NCBI GenBank assembly: GCA_964016885.1
Contig: OZ024762.1
Span: forward strand, 29,388,001-29,452,000
Source: Eledone cirrhosa
Lineage: Eukaryota
Length of the DNA: 64,000 nucleotides
Direction of reading: 5' to 3'
In this document: positions 1 to 11,300 of the stretch, piece after piece
Position numbering within the stretch: position 1 is the first letter of the stretch
How the letters are laid out: every line of letters begins with the position of its first letter
Translations under genes and position numbers: made by a program
Notes under the pieces: model-generated
What the model was told of the DNA's origin: nothing
Databases searched by the model: none
The model's input: only the letters and a program-made list of their open reading frames with translations

Positions 1-2259
1 GGTGGTGGGTTGTCAGTAAGGGTAGAGGGTCAGATGTCAGGTTAGGGTGGTGGGTTGGCAGTATTGGTAGAGGGTCAGATGTCATGTTAGGGTGGTGGGT
101 TGGCAGTATTGGTAGAGGGTCAGATGTCATGTTAGGGTGGTGGGTTGGCAGTATTGGTAGAGGATCAGATGTCATGTTAGGGTGGTGGGTTGGCAGTATT
201 GGTAGAGGGTCAGATGTCAGGTTAGGGTGGTGGGTTGGCAGTAAGGGTAGAGGGTCAGATGTCAGGTTAGGGTGGTGGGTTGGCAGTAAGGGTAGAGGGT
301 CAGATGTCAGGTTAGGGTGGTGGGTTGGCAGTATTGGTAGAGGGTCAGATGTCATGTTAGGGTGGTGGGTTGGCAGTATTGGTAGAGGGTCCGATGTCAG
401 GTTAGGGTGGTGGGTTGGCAGTAAGGGTAGAGTGTCAGACACCATGTTAGGGTGGTGGGTTGGCAGTAAGGGTAGAGGGTCAGATGTCAGGTTAGGGTGG
501 TGGGTTGGCAGTAAGGGTAGAGGGTCAGATGTCAGGTTAGGGTGGTGGGTTGTCAGTAAGGGTAGAGGGTCAGATGTCATGTTAGGGTGGTGGGTTGTCA
601 GTAAGGGTAGAGGGTCAGATGTCAGGTTATGGTGGTGGGTTGGCAGTATTGGTAGAGGGTCAGATGTCAGGTTAGGGTGGTGGGTTGGTATTAAGGGTAG
701 AGGGTCAGATGTCATTTTAGGGTGGTGGGTTGGCAGTATTGGTAGAGGGTCAGATGTCAGGTTAGGGTGGTAGATTGGCAGTATTGGTAGAGGGTCAGAT
801 GTGAGGTTAGGGTGGTGGTTTGGCAGTAAGGGTAGAGGGTCAGATGTCAGGTTAGGGTGGTGGGTTGGCAGTAAGGATAGAGGGTCAGATGTCATGTTAG
901 GGTGGTGGGTTTGCAGTATTGGTAGAGGGTCAGATGTCAGGTTAGGGTGGTGGGTTGGCAGTATTGGTAGAGGGTCACATGTCAGGTTAGGGTGGTGGTT
1001 TGGCAGTATTGGTAGAGGGTCAGATGTCATGTTAGGGTGGTGGTTTGGCAGTATTGGTAGAGGGTCAGATGTCATGTTAGGGTGGTGGTTTGGCAGTAAG
1101 GGTAGAGGGTCAGATATCATGTTAGGGTGGTGGGTTGGCAGTAAGGGTAGAGGGTCAGATGACATGTTAGGGTGGTGGGTTGGCAGTATTGGTAGAGGGT
1201 CAGACGCCATGTTAGGGTGGTGGGTTGGCAGTATTGGTAGAGGGTCAGATGTCATGTTAGAGTGGTGGGTTGGCAGTATTGGTAGAGGGTCAGATGTCAT
1301 GTTAGGGTGGTGGGTTGGCAGTAAGGGTAGAGGGTCAGATGTCAGGTTAGGGTGGTGCGTTGGTAGTAAGGGTAGAGGGTCAGATGTCAGGTTAGGGTGG
1401 TGGGTTGGCAGTATTGGTAGAGGGTCAGATGTCATGTTAGGGTGGTGGGTTGGCAGTATTGGTAGAGGGTCCGATGTCAGGTTAGGGTGGTGGGTTGGCA
1501 GTAAGGGTAGAGTGTCAGACACCATGTTAGGGTGGTGGGTTGGCAGTAAGGGTAGAGGGTCAGACACCATGTTAAGGTGATGGGTTGGCAGTAAGGGTAG
1601 AGGGTCAGATGCCATGTTAGGGTGGTGGGTTGGCAGTAAGGGTAGAGGGTCAGATGCCATGTTATGGTGGTGGGTTGGCAGTAAGGGTAGAGGGTCAGAT
1701 GTCATGTTAGTGTGGTGGTTTGGCAGTAAGGGTAGAGGGTCAGATGTCAGGTTAGGGTGGTGGGTTGTCAGTAAGGGTAGAGGGTCAGATGTCAGGTTAG
1801 GGTGGTGGGTTGGCAGTAAGGGTAGAGGGTCAGATGTCAGGTTAGGGTGGTGGGTTGTCAGTAAGGGTAGAGGGTTGGCAGTAAGGGTAGAGGGTCAGAT
1901 GTCAGGTTAGGGTGGTGGGTTGGCTGTAAGGGTAGAGGGTCAGATGTCAGGTTAGGGTGGTGGGTTGGCAGTAAGGGTAGAGGGTCAGATGTCATGTTAG
2001 GGTGGTGGGTTGGCAGTAAGGGTAGAGGGTCAGATGTCATCTTAGGGTGGTGGGTTGGCAGTAAGAGTAGAGGGTCAGACACCATGTTAGGGTGGTGGGT
2101 TGGCAGTTAGGGTAGAGGGTCAGATGTCATGTTAGGGTGGTGGGTTGGCAGTAAGGGTAGAGGGTCAGATGTCAGGTTAGGGTGGTGGGTTGTCAGTAAG
2201 GGTAGAGGGTCAGATGTCAGGTTAGGGTGGTGGGTTGGCAGTAAGGGTAGAGGGTCAGA

Positions 2260-5200
2260 TGTCATGTTAGGGTGGTGGGTTTGCAGTATTGGTAGAGGGT
2301 CAGATGTCAGGTTAGGGTGGTGGGTTGGCAGTATTGGTAGAGGGTCACATGTCAGGTTAGGGTGGTGGTTTGGCAGTATTGGTAGAGGGTCAGATGTCAG
2401 GTTAGGGTGGTGGTTTGGCAGTATTGGTAGAGGGTCAGATGTCATGTTAGGGTGGTGGTTTGGCAGTAAGGGTAGAGGGTCAGATGTCATGTTAGGGTGG
2501 TGGGTTGGCAGGAAGGGTAGAGGGTCAGATGTCATGTTAGGGTGGTGGGTTGGCAGTATTGGTAGAGGGTCAGACGCCATGTTAGGGTGGTGGGTTGGCA
2601 GTATTGGTAGAGGGTCAGATGTCATGTTAGGGTGGTGGGTTGGCAGTAAGGGTAGAGGGTCAGATGTCAGGTTAGGGTGGTGGGTTGCCAGTATTGGTAG
2701 AGGGTCAGATGTCAGGTTAGAGTGGTGGGTTGGCAGTATTGGTAGAGGGTCAGATGTCAGGTTAGGGTGGTGGGTTGGCAGTATTGGTAGAGGGTCAGAT
2801 GTCATGTTAGGGTGGTGGGTTGGCAGTATTGGTAGAGGGTCAGATGTCAGGTTATGGTGGTGGGTTGGTAGTAAGGGTAGAGGGTCAGATGTCAGGTTAG
2901 GGTGGTGGGTTGCCAGTATTGGTAGAGGGTCAGATGTCAGGTTAGGGTGGTGGGTTGGCAGTATTGGTAGAGGGTCCGATGTCAGGTTAAGGTGGTGGGT
3001 TGGCAGTAAGGGTAGAGTGTCAGACACCATGTTAGGGTGGTCGGTTGGCAGTAAGGGTAGAGGGTCAGACACCATGTTAGGGTGATGGGTTGGCAGTAAG
3101 GGTAGAGGGTCAGATGCCATGTTAGGGTGGTGGGTTGGCAGTAAGGGTAGAGGGTCAGATGCCATGTTATGGTGGTGGGTTGGCAGTAAGGGTAGAGGGT
3201 CAGATGTCATGTTAGGGTGGTGGTTTGGCAGTAAGCGTAGAGGGTCAGATGTCAGGTTAGGGTGGTGGGTTGTCAGTAAGGGTAGAGGGTCAGATGTCAG
3301 GTTAGGGTGGTGGGTTGGCAGTAAGGGTAGAGGGTCAGATGTCAGGTTAGGGTGGTGGGTTGTCAGTAAGGGTAGAGGGTCAGATGTCAGGTTAGGGTGG
3401 TGGGTTGTCAGTAAGGGTAGAGGGTCAGATGTCAGGTTAGGGTGGTGGGTTGGCAGTAAGGGTAGAGGGTCAGATGTCAGGTTAGGGTGGTGGGTTGGCA
3501 GTAAGGGTAGAGGGTCATATGTCAGGTTAGGGTGGTGGGTTGGCAGTAAGGGTAGAGGGTCAGATGTCATGTTAGGGTGGTGGGTTGGCAGTAAGGGTAG
3601 AGGGTCAGATGTCATGTTAGGGTGGTGGGTTGGCAGTAAGGGTAGAGGGTCAGACACCATGTTAGGGTGGTGGGTTGGCAGTTAGGGTAGAGGGTCAGAT
3701 GTCATGTTATGGTGGTGGGTTGGCAGTAAGGGTAGAGGGTCAGATGTCAGGTTAGGGTGGTGGGTTGTCAGTAAGGGTAGAGGGTCAGATGTCAGGTTAG
3801 GGTGGTGGGTTGGCAGTAAGGGTAGAGGGTCAGATGTCATGTTAGGGTGGTGGGTTTGCAGTATTGGTAGAGGGTCAGATGTCAGGTTAGGGTGGTGGGT
3901 TGGCAGTATTGGTAGAGGGTCAGATGTCAGGTTAGGGTGGTGGGTTGTCAGTAAGGGTAGAGGGTCAGATGTCAGGTTAGGGTGGTGGGTTGGCAGTATT
4001 GGTAGAGGGTCAGATGTCATGTTAGGGTGGTGGGTTGGCAGTATTGGTAGAGGGTCAGATGTCATGTTAGGGTGGTGGGTTGGCAGTATTGGTAGAGGAT
4101 CAGATGTCATGTTAGGGTGGTGGGTTGGCAGTATTGGTAGAGGGTCAGATGTCAGGTTAGGGTGGTGGGTTGGCAGTAAGGGTAGAGGGTCAGATGTCAG
4201 GTTAGGGTGGTGGGTTGGCAGTAAGGGTAGAGGGTCAGATGTCAGGTTAGGGTGGTGGGTTGGCAGTATTGGTAGAGGGTCAGATGTCATGTTAGGGTGG
4301 TGGGTTGGCAGTATTGGTAGAGGGTCCGATGTCAGGTTAGGGTGGTGGGTTGGCAGTAAGGGTAGAGTGTCAGACACCATGTTAGGGTGGTGGGTTGGCA
4401 GTAAGGGTAGAGGGTCAGATGTCAGGTTAGGGTGGTGGGTTGGCAGTAACGGTAGAGGGTCAGATGTCAGGTTAGGGTGGTGGGTTGTCAGTAAGGGTAG
4501 AGGGTCAGATGTCATGTTAGGGTGGTGGGTTGTCAGTAAGGGTAGAGGGTCAGATGTCAGGTTAGGGTGGTGGGTTGGCAGTATTGGTAGAGGGTCAGAT
4601 GTCAGGTTAGGGTGGTGGGTTGGTAGTAAGGGTAGAGGGTCAGATGTCCTTTTTGGGTGGTGGGTTGGCAGTATTGGTAGAGGGTCAGATGTCAGGTTAG
4701 GGTGGTAGATTGGCAGTATTGGTAGAGGGTCAGATGTGAGGTTAGGGTGGTGGTTTGGCAGTAAGGGTAGAGGGTCAGATGTCAGGTTAGGGTGGTGGGT
4801 TGGCAGTAAGGGTAGAGGGTCAGATGTCATGTTAGGGTGGTGGTTTTGCAGTATTGGTAGAGGGTCAGATGTCAGGTTAGGGTGGTGGGTTGGCAGTATT
4901 GGTAGAGGGTCACATGTCAGGTTAGGGTGGTGGTTTGGCAGTATTGGTAGAGGGTCAGATGTCATGTTAGGGTGGTGGTTTGGCAGTATTGGTAGAGGGT
5001 CAGATGTCATGTTAGGGTGGTGGTTTGGCAGTAAGGGTAGAGGGTCAGATATCATGCTAGGGTGGTGGGTTGGCAGTAAGGGTAGAGGGTCAGATGTCAT
5101 GTTAGGGTGGTGGGTTGGCAGTATTGGTAGAGTGTCAGACGCCATGTTAGGGTGGTGGGTTGGCAGTATTGGTAGAGGGTCAGATGTCATGTTAGGGTGG

Positions 5201-8200
5201 TGGGTTGGCAGTATTGGTAGAGGGTCAGATGTCATGTTAGGGTGGTGGGTTGGCAGTATTGGTAGAGGGTCAGATGTCAGGTTAGGGTGGTGGGTTGGCA
5301 GTAAGAGTAGAGGGTCAGATGTCATGTTAGGGTGGTGGGTTTGCAGTATTGGTAGAGGGTCAGATGTCAGGTTAGGGTGGTGGGTTGGCAGTATTGGTAG
5401 AGGGTCACATGTCAGGTTAGGGTGGTGGTTTGGCAGTATTGGTAGAGGGTCAGATGTCAGGTTAGGGTGGTGGTTTGGCAGTATTGGTAGAGGGTCAGAT
5501 GTCATGTTAGGGTGGTGGTTTGGCAGTAAGGGTAGAGGGTCAGATGTCATGTTAGGGTGGTGGGTTGGCAGGAAGGGTAGAGGGTCAGATGTCATGTTAG
5601 GGTGGTGGGTTGGCAGTATTGGTAGAGGGTCAGACGCCATGTTAGGGTGGTGGGTTGGCAGTATTGGTAGAGGGTCAGATGTCATGTTAGGGTGGTGGGT
5701 TGGCAGTAAGGGTAGAGGGTCAGATGTCAGGTTAGAGTGGTGGGTTGGCAGTATTGGTAGAGGGTCAGATGTCAGGTTAGGGTGGTGGGTTGGCAGTATT
5801 GGTAGAGGGTCAGATGTCATGTTAGGATGGTGGGTTGGCAGTATTGGTAGAGGGTCAGATGTCAGGTTATGGTGGTGGGTTGGTAGTAAGGGTAGAGGGT
5901 CAGATGTCAGGTTAGGGTGGTGGGTTGCCAGTATTGGTAGAGGGTCAGATGTCAGGTTAGGGTGGTGGGTTGGCAGTATTGGTAGAGGGTCCGATGTCAG
6001 GTTAAGGTGGTGGGTTGGCAGTAAGGGTAGAGTGTCAGACACCATGTTAGGGTGGTCGGTTGGCAGTAAGGGTAGAGGGTCAGACACCATGTTAGGGTGA
6101 TGGGTTGGCAGTAAGGGTAGAGGGTCAGATGCCATGTTAGGGTGGTGGGTTGGCAGTAAGGGTAGAGGGTCAGATGCCATGTTATGGTGGTGGGTTGGCA
6201 GTAAGGGTAGAGGGTCAGATGTCATGTTAGGGTGGTGGTTTGGCAGTAAGCGTAGAGGGTCAGATGTCAGGTTAGGGTGGTGGGTTGTCAGTAAGGGTAG
6301 AGGGTCAGATGTCAGGTTAGGGTGGTGGGTTGGCAGTAAGGGTAGAGGGTCAGATGTCAGGTTAGGGTGGTGGGTTGTCAGTAAGGGTAGAGGGTCAGAT
6401 GTCAGGTTAGGGTGGTGGGTTGTCAGTAAGGGTAGAGGGTCAGATGTCAGGTTAGGGTGGTGGGTTGGCAGTAAGGGTAGAGGGTCAGATGTCAGGTTAG
6501 GGTGGTGGGTTGGCAGTAAGGGTAGAGGGTCATATGTCAGGTTAGGGTGGTGGGTTGGCAGTAAGGGTAGAGGGTCAGATGTCATGTTAGGGTGGTGGGT
6601 TGGCAGTAAGGGTAGAGGGTCAGATGTCATGTTAGGGTGGTGGGTTGGCAGTAAGGGTAGAGGGTCAGACACCATGTTAGGGTGGTGGGTTGGCAGTTAG
6701 GGTAGAGGGTCAGATGTCATGTTATGGTGGTGGGTTGGCAGTAAGGGTAGAGGGTCAGATGTCAGGTTAGGGTGGTGGGTTGTCAGTAAGGGTAGAGGGT
6801 CAGATGTCAGGTTAGGGTGGTGGGTTGGCAGTAAGGGTAGAGGGTCAGATGTCATGTTAGGGTGGTGGGTTTGCAGTATTGGTAGAGGGTCAGATGTCAG
6901 GTTAGGGTGGTGGGTTGGCAGTATTGGTAGAGGGTCAGATGTCAGGTTAGGGTGGTGGGTTGTCAGTAAGGGTAGAGGGTCAGATGTCAGGTTAGGGTGG
7001 TGGGTTGGCAGTATTGGTAGAGGGTCAGATGTCATGTTAGGGTGGTGGGTTGGCAGTATTGGTAGAGGGTCAGATGTCATGTTAGGGTGGTGGGTTGGCA
7101 GTATTGGTAGAGGATCAGATGTCATGTTAGGGTGGTGGGTTGGCAGTATTGGTAGAGGGTCAGATGTCAGGTTAGGGTGGTGGGTTGGCAGTAAGGGTAG
7201 AGGGTCAGATGTCAGGTTAGGGTGGTGGGTTGGCAGTAAGGGTAGAGGGTCAGATGTCAGGTTAGGGTGGTGGGTTGGCAGTATTGGTAGAGGGTCAGAT
7301 GTCATGTTAGGGTGGTGGGTTGGCAGTATTGGTAGAGGGTCCGATGTCAGGTTAGGGTGGTGGGTTGGCAGTAAGGGTAGAGTGTCAGACACCATGTTAG
7401 GGTGGTGGGTTGGCAGTAAGGGTAGAGGGTCAGATGTCAGGTTAGGGTGGTGGGTTGGCAGTAACGGTAGAGGGTCAGATGTCAGGTTAGGGTGGTGGGT
7501 TGTCAGTAAGGGTAGAGGGTCAGATGTCATGTTAGGGTGGTGGGTTGTCAGTAAGGGTAGAGGGTCAGATGTCAGGTTAGGGTGGTGGGTTGGCAGTATT
7601 GGTAGAGGGTCAGATGTCAGGTTAGGGTGGTGGGTTGGTAGTAAGGGTAGAGGGTCAGATGTCCTTTTTGGGTGGTGGGTTGGCAGTATTGGTAGAGGGT
7701 CAGATGTCAGGTTAGGGTGGTAGATTGGCAGTATTGGTAGAGGGTCAGATGTGAGGTTAGGGTGGTGGTTTGGCAGTAAGGGTAGAGGGTCAGATGTCAG
7801 GTTAGGGTGGTGGGTTGGCAGTAAGGGTAGAGGGTCAGATGTCATGTTAGGGTGGTGGTTTTGCAGTATTGGTAGAGGGTCAGATGTCAGGTTAGGGTGG
7901 TGGGTTGGCAGTATTGGTAGAGGGTCACATGTCAGGTTAGGGTGGTGGTTTGGCAGTATTGGTAGAGGGTCAGATGTCATGTTAGGGTGGTGGTTTGGCA
8001 GTATTGGTAGAGGGTCAGATGTCATGTTAGGGTGGTGGTTTGGCAGTAAGGGTAGAGGGTCAGATATCATGCTAGGGTGGTGGGTTGGCAGTAAGGGTAG
8101 AGGGTCAGATGTCATGTTAGGGTGGTGGGTTGGCAGTATTGGTAGAGTGTCAGACGCCATGTTAGGGTGGTGGGTTGGCAGTATTGGTAGAGGGTCAGAT

Positions 8201-8339
8201 GTCATGTTAGGGTGGTGGGTTGGCAGTATTGGTAGAGGGTCAGATGTCATGTTAGGGTGGTGGGTTGGCAGTATTGGTAGAGGGTCAGATGTCAGGTTAG
8301 GGTGGTGGGTTGGCAGTAAGAGTAGAGGGTCAGATGTCA
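2260..8339 (+). repeat. Higher-order tandem duplication, period 3015 bp (67 units; 3060 bp at the left end owing to a one-unit indel)
   Basis: Rare variants recur at +3015: GTTAG stop variant 3682/6697, GTAAC about 4450/7465, GTCCTTTTTG about 4646/7661, GTAAGAGT 5306/8321. ORFs 3704..4708 and 6719..7723 translate identically. Confidence 0.92.
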
Positions 8340-11300
8340 GGTTAGGGTGGTGGTTTGCCAGTATTGGTAGAGGGTCAGATGTCATGTTAGGGTGGTGGGT
8401 TGGCAGTATTGGTAGAGGGTCAGATGTCAGGTTAGGGTGGTGGGTTGGCAGTATTGGTAGAGGGTCAGATGTCAGGTTAGGGTGGTGGGTTGGCAGTAAG
8501 GGTAGAGGGTCAGATGTCAGGTTAGGGTGGTGGGTTGGCAGTATTGGTAGAGGGTCAGATGTCATGTTAGGGTGGTGGGTTGGCAGTATTGGTAGAGGGT
8601 CAGATGTCATGTTAGGGTGGTGGGTTGGCAGTATTGGTAGAGGATCAGATGTCATGTTAGGGTGGTGGGTTGGCAGTATTGGTAGAGGGTCAGATGTCAG
8701 GTTAGGGTGGTGGGTTGGCAGTAAGGGTAGAGGGTCAGATCTCAGGTTAGGGTGGTGGGTTGGCAGTATTGGTAGAGGGTCAGATGTCAGGTTAGGGTGG
8801 TGGGTTGGCAGTAAGGGTAGAGGGTCAGATGTCAGGTTAGGGTGGTGGGTTGGCAGTAAGGGTAGAGGGTCAGATGTCAGGTTATGGTGGTGGGTTGGCA
8901 GTATTGGTAGAGGGTCAGATGTCAGGTTAGGGTGGTGGGTTGGCAGTATTGGTAGAGGGTCAGATGTCAGGTTAGGGTGGTGGGTTGGCAGTATTGGTAG
9001 AGGGTCAGATGTCAGGTTAGGGTGGTGGGTTGGCAGTAAGGGTAGAGGGTCAGACACCATGTTAGGGTGGTGGGTTGTCAGTAAGGGTAGAGGGTCAGAT
9101 GTCACGTTATGGTGGTGGGTTGGCAGTAAGGGTAGAGGGTCAGATGTCAGGTTAGGGTGGTGGGTTGTCTGTAAGGGTAGAGGCTCAGATGTCAGGTTAG
9201 GGTGGTGGTTTGTCAGTAAGGGTAGAGGGTCAGATGTCAGGTTAGGGTGGTGGGTTGGCAGTAAGGGTAGAGGGTCAGATGTCAGGTTAGGGTGGTGGGT
9301 TGGCAGTAAGGGTAGAGGGTCAGATGTCATGTTAGGGTGGTGGGTTGGCAGTAAGGGTAGAGGGTCAGATGTCATGTTAGGGTGGTGGGTTGGCAGTCAG
9401 GGTAGAGGGTCAGATGTCATGTTAGGGTGGTGGGTTGGCAGTCAGGGTAGAGGGTCAGACACCATGTTAGGGTGGTGGGTTGGCAGTAAGGGTAGAGGGT
9501 CAGATGTCAGGTTAGGGTGGTGGGTTGTCAGTAAGGGTAGAGGGTCAGATGTCAGGTAAGGGTGGTGGTTTGGCAGTAAGGGTAGAGGGTAAGATGTCAT
9601 GTTAGGGTGGTGGGTTTGCAGTATTGGTAGAGGGTCAGATGTCAGGTTAGGGTGGTGGTTTGGCAGTATTGGTAGAGGGTCAGATGTCAGGTTAGGGTGG
9701 TGGTTTGGCAGTAAGGGTAGAGGGTCAGATGTCAGGTTAGGGTGGTGGGTTGGCAGTATTGGTAGAGGGTCATATGTCAGGTTAGGGTGGTGGGTTGGCA
9801 GTAAGGGTAGAGGGTCAGACACCATGTTAGGGTGGTGGGTTGGCAGTAAGGGTAGAGGGTCAGATGTCAGGTTAGGGTGGTGGGTTGGCAGTAAGGGTAG
9901 AGGGTCAGATGTCAGGTTAGGGTGGTGGGTTGGCAGTAAGGGTAGAGGGTCAGATGTCAGGTTAGGGTGGTGGGTTGGCAGTATTAGTAGAGGGTCAGAT
10001 GTCAGGTTAGGGTGGTGGGTTGGTAGTAAGGGTAGAGGGTCAGATGTCATTTTAGGGTGGTGGGTTGGCAGTATGGGTAGAGGGTCAGATGTCAGGTTAG
10101 GGTGGTAGATTGGCAGTATTGGTAGAGGGTCAGATGTGAGGTTAGGGTGGTGGTTTGGCAGTAAGGGTAGAGGGTCAGATGTCAGGTTAGGGTGGTGGGT
10201 TGGCAGTAAGGGTAGAGAGTCAGATGTCATGTTAGGGTGGTGGGTTTGCAGTATTGGTAGAGGGTCAGATGTCAGGTTAGGGTGGTGGGTTGGCAGTATT
10301 GGTAGAGGGTCACATGTCAGGTTAGGGTGGTGGTTTGGCAGTATTGGTAGAGGGTCAGATGTCATGTTAGGGTGGTGGTTTGGCAGTATTGGTAGAGGGT
10401 CAGATGTCATGTTAGGGTGGTGGTTTGGCAGTAAGGGTAGAGGGTCAGATATCATGTTAGGGTGGTGGGTTGGCAGTAAGGGTAGAGGGTCAGATGTCAT
10501 GTTAGGGTGGTGGGTTGGCAGTATTGGTAGAGGGTCAGACGCCATGTTAGGGTGGTGGGTTGGCAGTATTGGTAGAGGGTCAGATGTCATGTTAGGGTGG
10601 TGGGTTGGCAGTATTGGTAGAGGGTCAGATGTCATGTTAGGGTGGTGGGTTGGCAGTATTGGTAGAGGGTCAGATGTCAGGTTAGGGTGGTGGGTTGGCA
10701 GTAAGAGTCGAGGGTCAGATGTCAGGTTAGGGTGGTGGGTTGCCAGTATTGGTAGAGGGTCAGATGTCAGGTTAGGGTGGTGGGTTGGCAGTATTGGTAG
10801 AGGGTCAGATGTCAGGTTAGGGTGGTGGGTTGGCAGTAAGGGTAGAGGGTCAGATGTCAGGTTAGGGTGGTGGGTTGGCAGTATTGGTAGAGGGTCAGAT
10901 GTCATGTTAGGGTGGTGGGTTGGCAGTATTGGTAGAGGGTCAGATGTCATGTTAGGGTGGTGGGTTGGCAGTATTGGTAGAGGATCAGATGTCATGTTAG
11001 GGTGGTGGGTTGGCAGTATTGGTAGAGGGTCAGATGTCAGGTTAGGGTGGTGGGTTGGCAGTAAGGGTAGAGGGTCAGATCTCAGGTTAGGGTGGTGGGT
11101 TGGCAGTATTGGTAGAGGGTCAGATGTCAGGTTAGGGTGGTGGGTTGGCAGTAAGGGTAGAGGGTCAGATGTCAGGTTAGGGTGGTGGGTTGGCAGTAAG
11201 GGTAGAGGGTCAGATGTCAGGTTATGGTGGTGGGTTGGCAGTAAGGGTAGAGGGTCAGATGTCATGTTAGGGTGGTGGGTTGGCAGTATTGGTAGAGGAT

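Noticed and set aside
31-39. E-box CAGATG and TGTCA (TALE homeodomain) motifs in each unit; variants CACATG, CATATG and CAAATG keep CANNTG
   Set aside because: These are short motifs, and other common variants (CAGACA, CAGACG, CCGATG, CAGATA) destroy the E-box, so there is no evidence of constraint.
46-53. Chi-like GGTGGTGG (7/8 match to E. coli Chi GCTGGTGG) and a near match to the human PRDM9 motif CCNCCNTNNCCNC on the minus strand
   Set aside because: Both are imperfect matches expected in G-rich sequence, and both motifs are taxon-specific while the host is unknown.
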